The notes: generated from the sequence alone by a model not told the origin. Counted from the stretch's first letter, positions 51,112-64,000 are shown. The stretch is DNA of 64,000 nucleotides from Cirrosporium novae-zelandiae (GCA_026023565.1 JAPETS010000004.1:248001-312000); one strand, 5' to 3'. Program-made: numbers and translations.

Positions 51112-54100
51112 ATGGCTCGTAAGAGGAAAAGGTCTGAAAACGCAACATTAGGGGCCTCCCAGAAACGCCAGAAGCCTGAAACCGCTCATCGTGATGTTGG
51201 TGAGAACATTTCATCCAACATCATCAGACACCCTGTCTTATCTCTATATTTTCCACATGTGTTAACCTTGAGGGATTATCTTCTCTTGAAACTTCCACCT
51301 TCTTCAAAGATTCGAAGGAGAAGGCTTCTTTCGTCAAGGGATTCTTCAAATCATTTATCGAGTAAAGAAAAAAAGAATCGGAAAAACGGTCATCCCAATG
51401 AACTTGATGCTTCAGTGCAAAAGCTCTTAGACACAACCCTCATCGGAATTGAGGAGCCCAGCCAGGAAGTAAACGGGAAACCCGATATTTCACTTTCATC
51501 GCTCCGATCAACAACGTCTAGCAGTAATAGTATCCCCACTACCTTCAGTTGGAACGAGGTAAGTGAAATGTTGGCCTCCCATGCCTTCGGACTATGATAA
51601 ACTACCAGCTATTCCTTTTCGATTTCACTTATTTTATTTCAAGGTTTTGCCCTGACATTTTCATAGCTCGTTGATTATGCCATTTGGTCTCTATTCCATA
51701 GAATCTACCTCAATAAATCACACCCTTGTCACTTACTTTGTGACGGGTATGAGCGATCCCGAGAGTCAGCATACGTGCATTCAAATGTCGTCTCTAACGG
51801 GATAGCCAGAAGGTCTGGCATAAAACCTTGTTATCCAAATTCCTATGTCAGCTCTTTCAAGAGTCCTGTTTGGGAAAGCGTCTTTGCGCTGGTAGGCAAG
51901 AATGGTGAAACAATCATGCTCAATATGCTGCTATACTGTGGATGCTTCCTAGAAGTTGGCCATGGAACCGATAATTTCTTACAGATCTGTGGTAATATTA
52001 TATCTTCACATATAAAACAAATATTCTTAGTTAATAATCCACTATGATTTAGGGACCCCTCTCAAAGAAATGACTCGCATTAACCAAAAATTACGTTCCC
52101 GTTCAAGCATCGCCAAGAAGGATGTACTACGGCCAAGTGTGCATTCTCCTAGTACCACTCCAAAATGTATAGAATTTGCTCGAAATCGAATATTTTATGC
52201 TAAAGCTACTTTGAATGCCAAAGGGGATGTTAGGTTTGGTCTAAGACATATCCGTAAGCCTCCTCATGTTTTCTCTCAATCCCCGAACTAATAATGAAAT
52301 TCGATAGATGTCCTAAATAGATACTCTGATCCTGACACCATTGGGCATACAATTCATATAATGATGTATATTTTCCCCCGTCAGTTTCAATTACATAATG
52401 TCTTTACCTGTGTGGTGAACCGTCAAGAAACAGGTCAACCTTTCAAAGACTACACCTTACGAGAGCAGGAAATATCTGACCTAAAGAAGAGGAACCTGTC
52501 TAGCAACGACCAAAGTCCTTCGGGGTCACTCGTAAGCATGCCAAAAAGGTTAAGAGGTCTGCTAGTAGTCATTATTCAGAAATTACAAAGAAACCATAAA
52601 AGGTGTTCTTATTCTGAACTTCTTCTCCATTATTGCCCTTCGAGGGGTGTAATAAATGCACTCGAGGATATTGAGAAAGGAAGAGATGGTTCGAATCCTA
52701 CCAACCAGGTACAGTTAGCGTTCCCTACGACTGACCCAGTTGCTTTCGAAATCCCGCAGCCAACCAAGTCATCGCTATTCCAAGCTACCAGGATAGCAGA
52801 CCATGATGACCAAAGAAATCCACATCAAAGTTATCCCATAACAGACCATGCTTTATCGCATAACCAAGTCTCTGGATTTTGCCGTGCTGTTTTCAAAAAT
52901 GTGTTTCCAAAAGAACTCTTTGGCACTGCATCCGATGGTGAGAGTAATATGAAACTACTGTTATCGAACATTGACCGCTTCATCCGGCTACGCAGGTTTG
53001 AAAACATGAACCTGCATGAAGTTATGCAAGGAATGAAGGTTTGTCTCTGGCTGCCCGATATTCAGCTATGCTTGTCTAATTAAACATTAGATAGCTAAAA
53101 TTTCGTGGCTGATGCTACCGAACGAACAGATACAGTCTAGTATCAGTCTATCTGACATGAAGAAAAGGAAGGAAATTTTCTCGGAACTGCTATATTACAT
53201 ATTCGATTCCTTTTTAATCCCACTCATCCGTTCGAGTTTCTATGTAACTGAATCCTCCACATTCCGCAACCGGTTGTTATACTTCCGCCATGATGTATGG
53301 AAGTCACTAATCAAGCCTAAGTTAACTTCATTAAAGATAGCAATGTTCAAAGAGTTAAAAGCAGCACCAAAATCATTAGGCTATAGCCAGATCAGATTGA
53401 TGCCAAAAGTTAATGGGTTCCGTCCGATCATGAATCTCAAGAAGAAAGAGGTGCATATGGTGAATGGGAAGCGTATCTTACAAAAAGGAATCAATTCCCA
53501 GCTCGCCCCAGTGTTTGCCTTGCTTGCATATGAAAAGAACACTCAACCAGCACGACTCGGGGCAGCAATGGGTTCTGTGGATGATATATATACCAGGCTA
53601 AAACTTTTCAAACACAACTTCCAGGAGCTTAACCACAACGCTAAACAGCTCTATTTTGTCAAGGTCGACGTTCAATCTTGCTTTGACACAATTCCTCAAG
53701 ATGCACTATTGGCTCTTGTTGAACAGTTACTTTCAGAAAGCGAATATACTTTAATAAGTTACGCAGAGATGAAACATCTTGAGGGCCGTATTCGCTCCAG
53801 CAAATCCGATCTAGATGCTAAACCCATCACAAAGTTCAGAAAGTTGATGAAGGCTGCGACCAGGGCATGGGATTTTGGAAGAATTACCGAAACCGAGCTT
53901 GCTCGGGAAAAGAGAGGCACAATATATATCGGTAGGGCTATGCAGGCCAAACACCACAAAGGCAAGCTATTGGATTTGCTCAAAAGGCATGTAGCAGGCA
54001 ATATGGTCAGAATTGGCAAGAAGCGTTATCGCCAGACAACCGGTATACCACAGGGATCCATTCTTTCTAGTATACTTTGCAATTTCTTCTATGGTGATTT

Positions 54101-55188
54101 CGAAAGAGCAGAATTTCCCTTTTTGAACCCTAGCGAAGGTGTGCTGTTCCGCTTGGTTGATGACTTCCTCCTAATTACAGCCAATCTAAGTGATGCCAGA
54201 GTATTCTTAGAAAAAATGCACGAAGGGTCTCCAGCCTATGGTATTTCAGTCAACTCTGAGAAGACCTTGGTAAATTTTGAAGCTTCAATCAATGAGGTCA
54301 CGGTGCCGAGGCTTAATCAAGGACAAAAGTTTCCATACTGCGGCCAATTGATTGATACGAGAACGTTAGAAATCAGCCCGGACAAGGGCAGACGAGCAAA
54401 TAGCAGTAAGGGATCTTATACCATTTATTATGAGTTATAATGCTAATATGATGATAGCAATTTCTGACAGTCTCACTGTGGAAGTATCTAAATCCCCAGG
54501 CAAAGTCTTCTCCCGAAAAATTCAAAGGTACTTTTGCAGCCAGAAATCCATACCTAAATTAGCTAATGTTCCTGTGCAGTGCCTTGAAAGTTCAAATGCA
54601 TGCTATGTATATGGATACATCATTCAACTCATTTACAACAGTGTTGTCCAATATATATCGAATCTTCATAGAGACAGCAATGAAATTCCACAGCTATCTC
54701 AGATGTCTAAAGACGAAACGATGGCCTAGTATCACTTTACTCCAGGGTAAGCCCTATGCGGACATCTCGGCACCACAGGTTTTTTTTTACTAATGGAATG
54801 TCGCTAGGAACGATTACCGGGTTGATAGATCTTACCATAGGTCTAGTGAAGTCCAAAAGCAAGAGAATGGCAACACCTGGGTACCATTGTGGGGTCAGCC
54901 GAAAGCAAATAGAATGGTAAGGTTGAAATTTCCTAGCAAGATCAACAGTCGATCCGGCTGCATGGTGGCGTGGATCGGGCCGTAGGTGAAAATGCTGATC
55001 AGCGAGACAGGCTCGGGGCAAGTGCATTTTGGCAGACACTGCAGAGAAAACAAAGTCGATATAGGGAGATTCAGTCTTGGTTGAAAATGAAAATGCATGA
55101 GAGCGAGCCTACGAATGTGACGGAAGCTTCGAGGATGCGGGAAGCTGCCCGAGATAGTGGAAGGGTATTTAAGGATTGCCGGTATTAA
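51112..55188 (+). CDS. TERT: Telomerase reverse transcriptase, complete, 8 exons
   Basis: TEN (HPCHLLCDGY), T motif (FYVTE...YFRHDVW), motifs 1/2 (IRLMPK, FRPIMN), A (YFVKVDVQSCFDTIPQ), B' (GIPQGSILSSILC), C (LFRLVDDFLLI), D/E (NSEKT, FPYCG). Seven GT-AG introns keep the frame to TAA at 55188. Confidence 0.96.
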
Positions 55189-55977
55189 GTATATTATTAA
55201 GCATGTACGGTACTGGGTGTGTACTGGGCGTACTGGGTGTACAGTGCACTAAAAGTACAAAAGTACAAAAGTACGGCAGAGAACCATAGCTTCCAAATAA
55301 TTGAGCCTCACAGTAATTATAATTACTGAGTATATGACTGTTCGTGGAATATTATTATACCCAAGTACTAAAAGTTGAAAGTCCGAAACACACCGGCCAA
55401 TGATTAATACTTATCCTTACCATCCCTACCTGTGAACTAGCTGTTACTCTCCTACTTATTCTGTGCTAGGAGGTCCAACTTGGTTCAATTTGGTTTAGTT
55501 GCAATCCATCATGCCCTTTCTGCTTCTTAACTTTAGAAACCCTACCAAAGCTAAGTAGCTCCACCCTCACTTTCCTTAATCCCTACAATCTCCAATTACA
55601 TCCTACCACCACTCACTCCTACCAAAAAGAACCCCGTTACTCGCTCCATTTCTATTTCCAACAATCCTCAATTCTCAGTTCCCCAATTCCAACTTTGCCT
55701 TTTCATTTTCAGCTTCAGCTTCTTGCCCATTATAACTATTGCCTTTTTAACATCCCAGCATTTTTCCACACTAGTACATCTGTACCTCCAGCCAGTCGCT
55801 TTTGTATTCATACGCGACAATTAATGATCATATATGATTAGACGCCCGTCAACGCCATTCGCTTCCTGAACATACATCGAATAGCTCTTTTGTCCTATCG
55901 CTATCCTCAATCTCTGAATTAGTGCCAATCGTTATTGTCGCCTTTCCATCCTCTGCTCCACTCTATAATCTGCTCGG

Positions 55978-58404
55978 ATGAGAACCAACAGGCGTACGTT
56001 AATATCCCTATCTCAATTGCCCTCCGCCGAGAATGAGATGACGGCTGTATCTACCGCTCCCGGATCTCCTCCCGACCTGACCGGCTCCAAGTCCTCCAAA
56101 TCCTCCTCCTTTCATTCTTCCCACTCCGGTACAGATGGCATTCTGGCAGACGTTGCCAATTTTGAGGATATCGGTCTTGATGATGATTCTACAATTGCCG
56201 ATCAAGGAGGGTTGGGAGCATTCGATCGCTATAATGCGCCAAAACGGCAGGCTTTAAGGACCATGGCGCATGGAGGAACTGGTCATAATTTGATACAACA
56301 TAATTTGATACAACAAGGGCCGGCCCGAGAGTTGACTAATGGCTATAAGCCGAACAGCAACTATCCAAGTCTTAAGGGTCAGGTTCGTGGGGTCCTGACA
56401 CAGAATATTGCACATTCGCTTGGTCTTCCTAATGCGGGTGGTGTAAAAAGAGGATTCACAAGTCCTTCATCACCGTCATTACCAATTTCATCCTCAAGAA
56501 GGAATCGCTCTCGCTCGCCCTCTCCAGCAAACCCTCGTATGTTATCCACTTCCCCAAGATCGCTACCCCCAGGTTCTCTCCCGTATCGGCGTGGACTTTC
56601 TCCGAACAATATAAAGGTGCCTAGTCGACGGGACTCATGGCAGCCCGGTCGAAAATCAATACAAGAGCTAGAGGAGGAATACCATGATTCCGATGAAGAT
56701 CTTCCCGACGATGCCAGCCTCTTTAACGTTCCAATATCACCTAGACCTCCTCAAGAAAGGGCACACTCCACCGGCCACTCAACTAATGGCAGCCCGGAGA
56801 GAGGGAGTTCTCGTGGAATATCACCCCGACGCACAGCTTCAGCTTTTCCACTCTCTCCGAGTCGTGAATCTATCACCTCGGAGTCTTCGGTATCGAAGAG
56901 AGGAATATCAACTGGCTCGATCCCAGAGTTGGCAGCATCACGGTTGAAGCAACCTCCTCGCGCAAAATCCTGGAACGTAGCTCTATCAGATCTGTCTGAA
57001 GAAGCACGAGTGCTAACCGAGGCGCTCGAGGAGTACGCAGAAGAATCGGAGCGACTTCAGGAGAAAAATATACAAAATGGTGTTCAGTCTGTAGCTTCAA
57101 GAGCGGAGAGGCTCAAAAGGCACAAAACAGCGGGAATCGAGCTACCACCAATCCAGAAATGCAATGTAATGATTGATCCGCTTCCTTGTAGCAAGGAAAA
57201 GGAAAAGGTCCTGAGCAGGACTCGGCCCAGTTGGCTTCCTCCAAAGTCGCAAAAAGAGGAAAGAAAACATTTGAAGGAGTATGAGAGGATGATGGCGCTA
57301 TCGATTGAAGCGGGTAGGTTCCTTCATCAGCTCTTGGTTAACGTAGATGACATGGATATTAACAATTCGCCCACATTTAGAGAAACGTAGAGCCGAAAAA
57401 GCAGCGGAAGAACAAGCACTGCGAGAAAAGACTCGAAGTGCTCTGCATCGTATATGGGAAGAACATGTATTACCTCACTGGGACCAGGTGATAAATGAAC
57501 CACGCACCAGGGAACTTTGGTGGCGAGGGGTAGCCCCTCATAGTCGAGGTGCCGTGTGGCAGAAAGCAATTGGAAATGAACTTTCATTAAAAGAGGAATC
57601 GTATCTGAAGGCTTTGAAAAGAGCAAAGGAAATTGAGAAAACATCAGATGGAGAGCACGAGACAGAGAAAGGGTGGTTCAAGACCATCCGCGAGGATATT
57701 GCCAGCGCATTCCCAGAACTCAAAATCTTCCAAGCAGGCGGGCCGCTCAACGAGGGCCTTGTGGATGTCCTAATGGCTTATTCCATGTACCGGTCCGATG
57801 TAGGTTATGTATATGGAAATCACGTAAGAGTTCCCTAATGCGGATAAAACCACGAAGCTAACATTAACAGTTCGTCGCCGCTCTTCTACTCTTGAATCTT
57901 TCTACAGTTGACGCCTTCATCACACTATCCAATGCACTTAATCGCTCTATTCCTCTTGCCTTCCAAACTCGTGATCCTGGTGCCATTGCCCGTGTCTACG
58001 ACCTCACAAAGTCAACCCTCGAATACAAATACCCCCGCCTTCAGCAGCACCTCTTTAGCACCCTTTCCCTTAACGGTGAAGAGCTCCTTATGCCGCTCTT
58101 TCAAACTCTATTCCTCCAAGGCTTGGATGTAGAATGTGGCAGCCGAGTGTTTGATGTGTGGGCATTTGAGGGAGATAGAGTCCTGATAAGAGTGGCTGTG
58201 GCTGTCCTAGGAGGTTTGGAGGGTCGATTGTATGGAAGCCGAGAAGAAGTGTTAGATTTAGTAGGATGGAGAGGAAGAGTGGAATGGGGAAAGGGAAAGT
58301 GGGAACCAGACGAATTTATGAAGAGAGTAAGAGATGCTGGAAAGGTTGAGAAGAGCGATGGAGAACGAGGTTCTTCAAGTTCGGATGTGAGATCGAGAGA
58401 TTAA
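55978..58404 (+). CDS. TBC (Rab-GAP fold) domain protein with a long Ser/Pro-rich N-terminus
   Basis: RELWWRGV...[39 protein letters not shown]; introns ~57314-57380 and 57824-57870. Confidence 0.88.
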
Positions 58405-60185
58405 TTGATTGGCATGGGTCGTTCAGGCTGGCTCTTGAGAGACTAAAATAAAGCCTCAGGACTTTCCTAATCTGCTTTGACCTCTGGTCTATTCGAACCC
58501 ACCGGCATCGGAATTGGCGTTATTTGTGGAATAGTATTCGTGAGTGTGACCCATCTACTTTTATCTAGAGATGGAAGGCCTCCTGGGATTTTCTGGAAAG
58601 ATTGGTTATATTATTACTGGTGGTGAAATATCTGGCACTACTACTGGATTGTGGCTGGAAATGGTGCGGCGGCGGCGTCCGAGTACAACTACTGTGACTT
58701 ACCAAGTGTTCTTCTCCCTCCCCCTTCTTTCTCAGGCTGGACTGATGGTAGATGGATAGACCGTTTTTTTGTTCCTGGCTCTAACACAACCAAACACTTC
58801 TTTCTTTCTAATGAACTAAAAACTATGAACCGTGATGGATGATATTGATTAACATGTGAAGGCCTCCCCCAAACAACAACAACAACAACAAACAACAAAA
58901 CCCCATATACATATATTCTCTTTTGTTCAATAAGATGGAGAGAAAACAGGGGGGAGGGGCAACAAAAAGACGGATTATATATATTTATTATATCACTCTT
59001 TCACTTACTGCACATCCTATCATTTCCTTTAAAATCAATCGTTTGATTATTCACTGTAATTGGGACTTTTTTCTTTTCTTTTCTTTTTTTGGGGTGGGTG
59101 GATGCATATATAGGGACGAGGTCACAAAGACTGGTGTACGTGTTCTATGGCTTTCCTCCCCGTTCTTCTATCCTTTCTACCTTCCGTACTCTCATCCGAG
59201 GGGGGAAAAAAAAGGAACAAAGAGCCATGCATCATTTCTTCTCCTCCTTTTTTCTTTTCATTTTTCTTCATGGGAAGGAGAGATATATAAACTTTTTAAT
59301 CATAATTATTTATAATTCTAATTCTATAAAAAAAATTATATTTAAGTAAAAAAAGTGGGCAAGGCTTAACCAATTAACTAAATTGGCTAAATGCTTTCCT
59401 TGACCTCTTGAATTTTTTTTTTTCAAGAAACGGCGGAGAGATTTTTTCCCCCTCATGTTATGATGAATGTTAAGTTTCTTGGCTCTTTTTGGTCTTTTGG
59501 CTCAGATCTATCTATTGTTGGCGTTTACGAAACTAATGTATATATATAAATATAGGATTAAAGACCATCTACCTTATCCGCACTATGCTACCCTATCCTC
59601 CCATCAAACGCAGACGGGAGTTATAGAGAAATACAAAACTCGGTTCGTGCAAGATGTCCTTCCTTCATATAACTTAACATTCTCAAGAAAGAACGAAAAA
59701 AAAATTAATCATTCCTATTTTATACCTAGGTAAGTAGATATACAAAAGATAGTCAGTCAGTCTTTTTTTTTAATATTTATAGGATACATACAGTAAGTAG
59801 TACACTCCGAGCTTTGTTTGCTGGTTTGTTGTTGTGGTTACTTACTATGGTTGGACCCTTTTTTTTGTTTTTTTGTTTTTTTTGGACTTTCTTTATATAA
59901 TTAGATTACATGTGGCCGCTGGATACATAAGAGATGTGATACATATACGAGCTAAGGAAAGCAGCAAAATAGCTCCCCTATACTGATATTGCTGACCCTA
60001 TTCCTAAGATATAAATATAAACAGAGGGGGATATGGATGATGGGATGAGGATACCTATCGTTGTCTATTTACTTACCTTTATGTTTTCATCATATTTCGC
60101 CATGTTCGATCAATAATACCCTGTGCGAATATCTATCTAATATTTATCATTGGAGGGTATAGATGGAATATAGGTTAGGTTAAGG

Positions 60186-60240
60186 TAGATTAGATAGATT
60201 GATAGATAGATAGAGGGAAGGATAGATGGATGGATAGAGG
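60186..60240. repeat. Degenerate (GATA/GATG)n microsatellite
   Basis: gtagattagatagattgatagatagatagag...gatagatggatggatagagg read directly. Confidence 0.7.
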
Positions 60241-62370
60241 AAGAGGAAATGAAATGAAGGAAAATAAAAAAAAACGCTAGAGGGTCGGTCCCTTTCTTTG
60301 GACTAGACTAAGTTGTTAATTTGATTTGGTTAGGTTAGGTGGGGGTCTGGGTTTGTTGGAACCAATGTAGATAGGTAGGTGTGCTTTCATGGCTAAGGGG
60401 ATAGATAGATAGATCAAATCAAGGCAGGAAGGAAGGGGTGGAAGGGAATGGGCATGGTGATTGTTATGGCGTAGCTAGGTTATATATATATACTCTAACA
60501 CCGGATATCCGCTACAAGTGAGCAGCAGATACCCATATTCTTTAGCCTAGGTACAGTAGTTAGGTAAGAAGAGGGTTGGCTCGCCTTTCTAATAGAGTGT
60601 GATGCTACATTTAGTCTCTTGCGAATATATACATACACTTCGAGGAGGGGAGGAGACCCTCAAACCAAAATTAAATCTCGGTCATATGGTTTAGTCTTAT
60701 AAACTGATTTTCATTGAAAAATTGGTTCTGTTTAAAGGCTTCTCTCCCAGGGTGTCCGTCTGTATACTTAGGATAACTGTAGCATCACCCTTTTTATTTC
60801 ACCCCGTGGAATGTTTGTTAGTTGTGGGCAATATATTAAAACTGTACATTACATATAGAGTGAACCCAGGCAGGGTCTTCACAAGATGATAATGGCAAAT
60901 AGCCAACCCATCAGTTCAAATTACAGGAAGAAAGACTACCACCATATACGTAACCGAAGAACCGTTACCATTCCCTTCACGATGGGGTTAATTACTATCC
61001 AAGATGTGCATCAGTGATTTAGTCCTAGGCAATCCACAATTTAAAACAGGATAGTTAGGGTGGAGCAGATGCATGTTACATTTCTCTTCCACTAATTTAT
61101 TTCAATATTTTCCTTCCACCCCCAAAGAGGGTCAAAGAAAAAGAAAGAAAGAACACCTCGGGGCCATGGAAGGTATAAGCTCAAGAGGTATGATATTTCG
61201 TGGTGTGTATGGCAGAATACTTGCACTCTCATCCCCCCCCTCTTCTTTCTGACATTTGTAGGTCGAGTGAGATAGAATACGGTCCGTTCATATTGTAGTA
61301 AGTACTATGTGACTGTGCTAGTAGCCGATCTATTTGAACGGCATGGTCAACGGACAAAAAAAAAACTCCAGCATTAACATCAAGACTTCGGTAAAATCCC
61401 AACTGAGAGGAATGTATATGATAAGAGGAGTAAGATTTAAATATGTAGTCAGTATTGAGTTCCTTGTTGCACGGGGAGCCAAAAAAAGTTGTTGAAGATA
61501 ATCATGACATTCCAAGTTTTGCTGATGATAAAAAAGGAAATGAGATGAAAAAAAAGATTTGAAGAGAAAAGTGGAAGAAAATGGGTAAGCGAGAAGAAAG
61601 CCTTGGAGTGCAAACCAGACAAATAAACTAATTACTATGGTACACTAAGGACTTTTGTTGCCTCAGGAAGCATTTGTGGCGATATTTTTTCCACGTGCTA
61701 CCTAGTCTAGTTTTCTCCTCATTGTCATCATGACTATGACTCTCTACTTGTATGTTACGTGTACTGTACCACAGTACTCTGTATGTAATTATGTTAAATT
61801 GAACACCAGCCTTCTGTGAAGAAGACTTGGTCTAACGGAATTCTCTAATCTAAGCCTTCAGGCTTTTGAAAATCATGATTGATTGGAAATAAACCATACA
61901 CCTCTTCTTAAAAAGTATAGGTGCCCTAGAGGTCCAAAAAAAAAACAAGTCGCTTAAGTAAAATTATTCCAAACCTTTTCTCCCTCGCTTATCTCCCTCA
62001 CACCGCCTCCTTTCATCTTTCGCTCCAAAATCCAAACCAAAACCCAAAGCCCAAAGCCAACTGAATCCAGATAAGTTTCATCATTTATCTTTGCTCCGTT
62101 CACCTCGTAGCATATATGCATGTCGCATCATACATCCGTGACTATAGTTAGAGGCTGCTCATTCCATAGGTGGATCATTTCATGCTTGGTTCTCTCCTTT
62201 AACTTAGTTAATTGTTGTAAGCAAACTCGTCGAAAGATTCGTTCAATGAATTGAATGGTGTCGAGGCATGCACAGCATATCTCTAATCGATTTAAGAAGC
62301 CCCAGCTCTTTCCACTTTGATCTTCTTCCCTCTGGAGATAGTGCCCTTGTTTACTTGTCCAACTTTCTCC

Positions 62371-63899
62371 CTAAGGTCTGGAAGACCATGCTGGGTTAAC
62401 ACCCGCGGGCAAGTTGACAGGAGGTGGTACCGCATTATGTTGTCCAGGGGGTGGTAGATTAGCTCGATGGAACATTTGTACGAGCCTTCTCCCAACACTT
62501 GTTTCAAGCTCCGTCCCATCTCTAGCTATTTTCACTTCCCGATTAGAGTTCCAAGGATTTCGTAATCCCCTGGTTCGGTAGAAAGGGAGACGGTTTGTAG
62601 ATAGCCAACGGATCCTAAATGGCTTTCCAAAGGTTTGCGCGTCGTCTGCTGTGTCTTCATCCTCAATGTTTTCGACTTTTGATTCTTGTTCTAACGCTAC
62701 GTTCGATTCGAGGGGATCCGCTTCCCAGAATATCGTACCACGGGCAGAGTCGTCAATAATTCGCCCTTTTGGGGCAGTTTCTGTTGCTACCGTCGGGATT
62801 GTATGAGGAAGATCGGGATCTCTTGAAGATGCTTCGGCTCTGGGAGCCCACTCAATAGATGATGCAACTTGTTCGTTGATGGGCGACATCATACGTGCAT
62901 ATCCAAAATATTCGCCTGATTTGTTCGCTGAGAAAATGAGATAAACGTTCTCGGCAGTCTGTGTCGTTAGCTATGACTGGTGTCACACATTTTTAAAGAA
63001 AAACTCACCTCGTAAGCATGATTTAAAGTAGCTTCATTATGGGATTGGGTAGCCCAGATACCATTGCGCGCACTCAATTCAAGGTCTTCGACGGTCAAAC
63101 TCTTGACAATGTAATACTTTTCGGACACCTTCTCCTTAACTTCACCAACTTTCTCAATAGAACGTGTATCTTCTTTTAATCCATCCAGATGCAGTTGTCT
63201 ATCGACAGAGTCTATTGGGGGGGGTTCGTGTGTCAAAATATCCTTAGCTGTGTCCGCATCATTAGTATGTGAAGCAGCACTGGATACTGCTAGAGCTGTT
63301 GCTCTCCTCAATCTGCACACCAGCCTAACACCTCGAAAGCGGGAGTCATGGAAACGAGTCATAGCAGCTGCACAAGCAGCTTCCGTTCGATAGTTCACGA
63401 AAGCACAATTGCTCTTAGAAATGAGAAAGACGCTTTCGATTGTTTCGGCGGCTTCGCGGGCAAAATGATCTTTAAGATCCATCACATTCGTGCCTGGTGG
63501 CAAGTTACCTACCCATAAAGCGTGACCAGATTGCCTTGGTTTTCTCGGTGGTCCTCGCGGTTTCGATGGTCCAACAGAACTGGCCTCAGAACTTTGTCGG
63601 CTTAAACCTATAGGAGCAGTAGATTAGTGGAGTTGATATGATATCTAAAAAAGCTACTATGAGAAAATACCTAGTTCACCGAGTTGCAAAAAAGAAGCGC
63701 CTGAAGAAGAGATATTACCAAACGAGTTTGACGTGAGAGAATTTGGGACATGTATATCATTTTCAGACCGCATCATCCCCTGAGTCTGGCCATAGCCCGA
63801 CCTCCGAGGATCAAGTTGGGGGTAAGAGCTTGACCTAGGTGGAAACCCTTGCATAAACTGAGACTGCTGACTATATACACTAGGAATATAAGACTGCGC

Positions 63900-63955
<56 letters not shown>

Positions 63956-63995
63956 GCTGCTGCTGGTGCTGCGCAATATATGCAGGATTCATCAT
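62371..63995 (-). CDS. RRM plus YTH (YT521-B) RNA-binding protein; 5' end may extend beyond the window
   Basis: RRM (ALWVGNLP, NCAFVNY) and YTH (YYIVKSLT, GIWATQSHNE, VYLIFSANKSGEYFGYARM, NPWNSNREVKIARDGTEL); introns ~63670-63608 and 63009-62959. Confidence 0.9.
63900..63966 (-). repeat. (CAA)~19 plus CAG coding microsatellite giving polyglutamine
   Basis: Uninterrupted ttg run on the + strand, in frame as ~22 Gln. Confidence 0.95.
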
Positions 63996-64000
63996 ATTTT

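Noticed and set aside
52688..52698. GGTTCGAATCC tRNA T-loop/B-box consensus
   Set aside because: Lies inside a TERT exon; the flanks form no T-stem or cloverleaf.
53112..54440. RT-like ORF as a retroelement
   Set aside because: T motif, TEN domain, spliceosomal introns and absence of gag, endonuclease or LTRs identify it as cellular TERT.
59460..59540. ATGATGA C-box-like word
   Set aside because: No CTGA D box or terminal stem at a suitable distance.
1..64000. Stop-codon readthrough (TGA-CTA) giving cryptic peroxisomal signals; TPP riboswitch; CRISPR or other prokaryotic systems
   Set aside because: None of the stops I checked has the readthrough context, no TPP aptamer consensus was seen, and the DNA is eukaryotic with no repeat-spacer array.

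Overview
Gene-dense, intron-containing chromosomal DNA from a filamentous ascomycete (Pezizomycotina-type GT/GC-AG introns with CTRAY branch points). About 20 mostly housekeeping genes could be assembled by hand: HIS1 (3'-truncated), a Pho80/Pcl7-type cyclin, PRE3, BEM46, pyruvate kinase, a DUF1748 microprotein, an uncharacterised coiled-coil protein, ATP11, IRE1, an ATR1-like MFS transporter, a DUF7730-like protein, URA6, eIF3m, a cation/Ca exchanger, condensin BRN1, PAN1, a DH-BAR-SH3 RhoGEF, a complete 8-exon telomerase reverse transcriptase (TERT), a TBC-domain protein and an RRM-YTH protein. I found no transposon, CRISPR array, tRNA or rRNA. The best unannotated signals are: (1) a box C/D snoRNA in BEM46 intron 3 with a guide to the 25S site targeted by snR190/SNORD12; (2) a spliced mitochondrial-presequence/TM exon in frame with URA6; (3) an unusually long, structured HIS1 intron with an in-frame alternative acceptor; (4) a TBC protein lacking both catalytic fingers; (5) tandem MCB elements before TERT; (6) an unexplained ~4 kb non-coding block. 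All calls come from reading the sequence and recalled family motifs; no database search was run.
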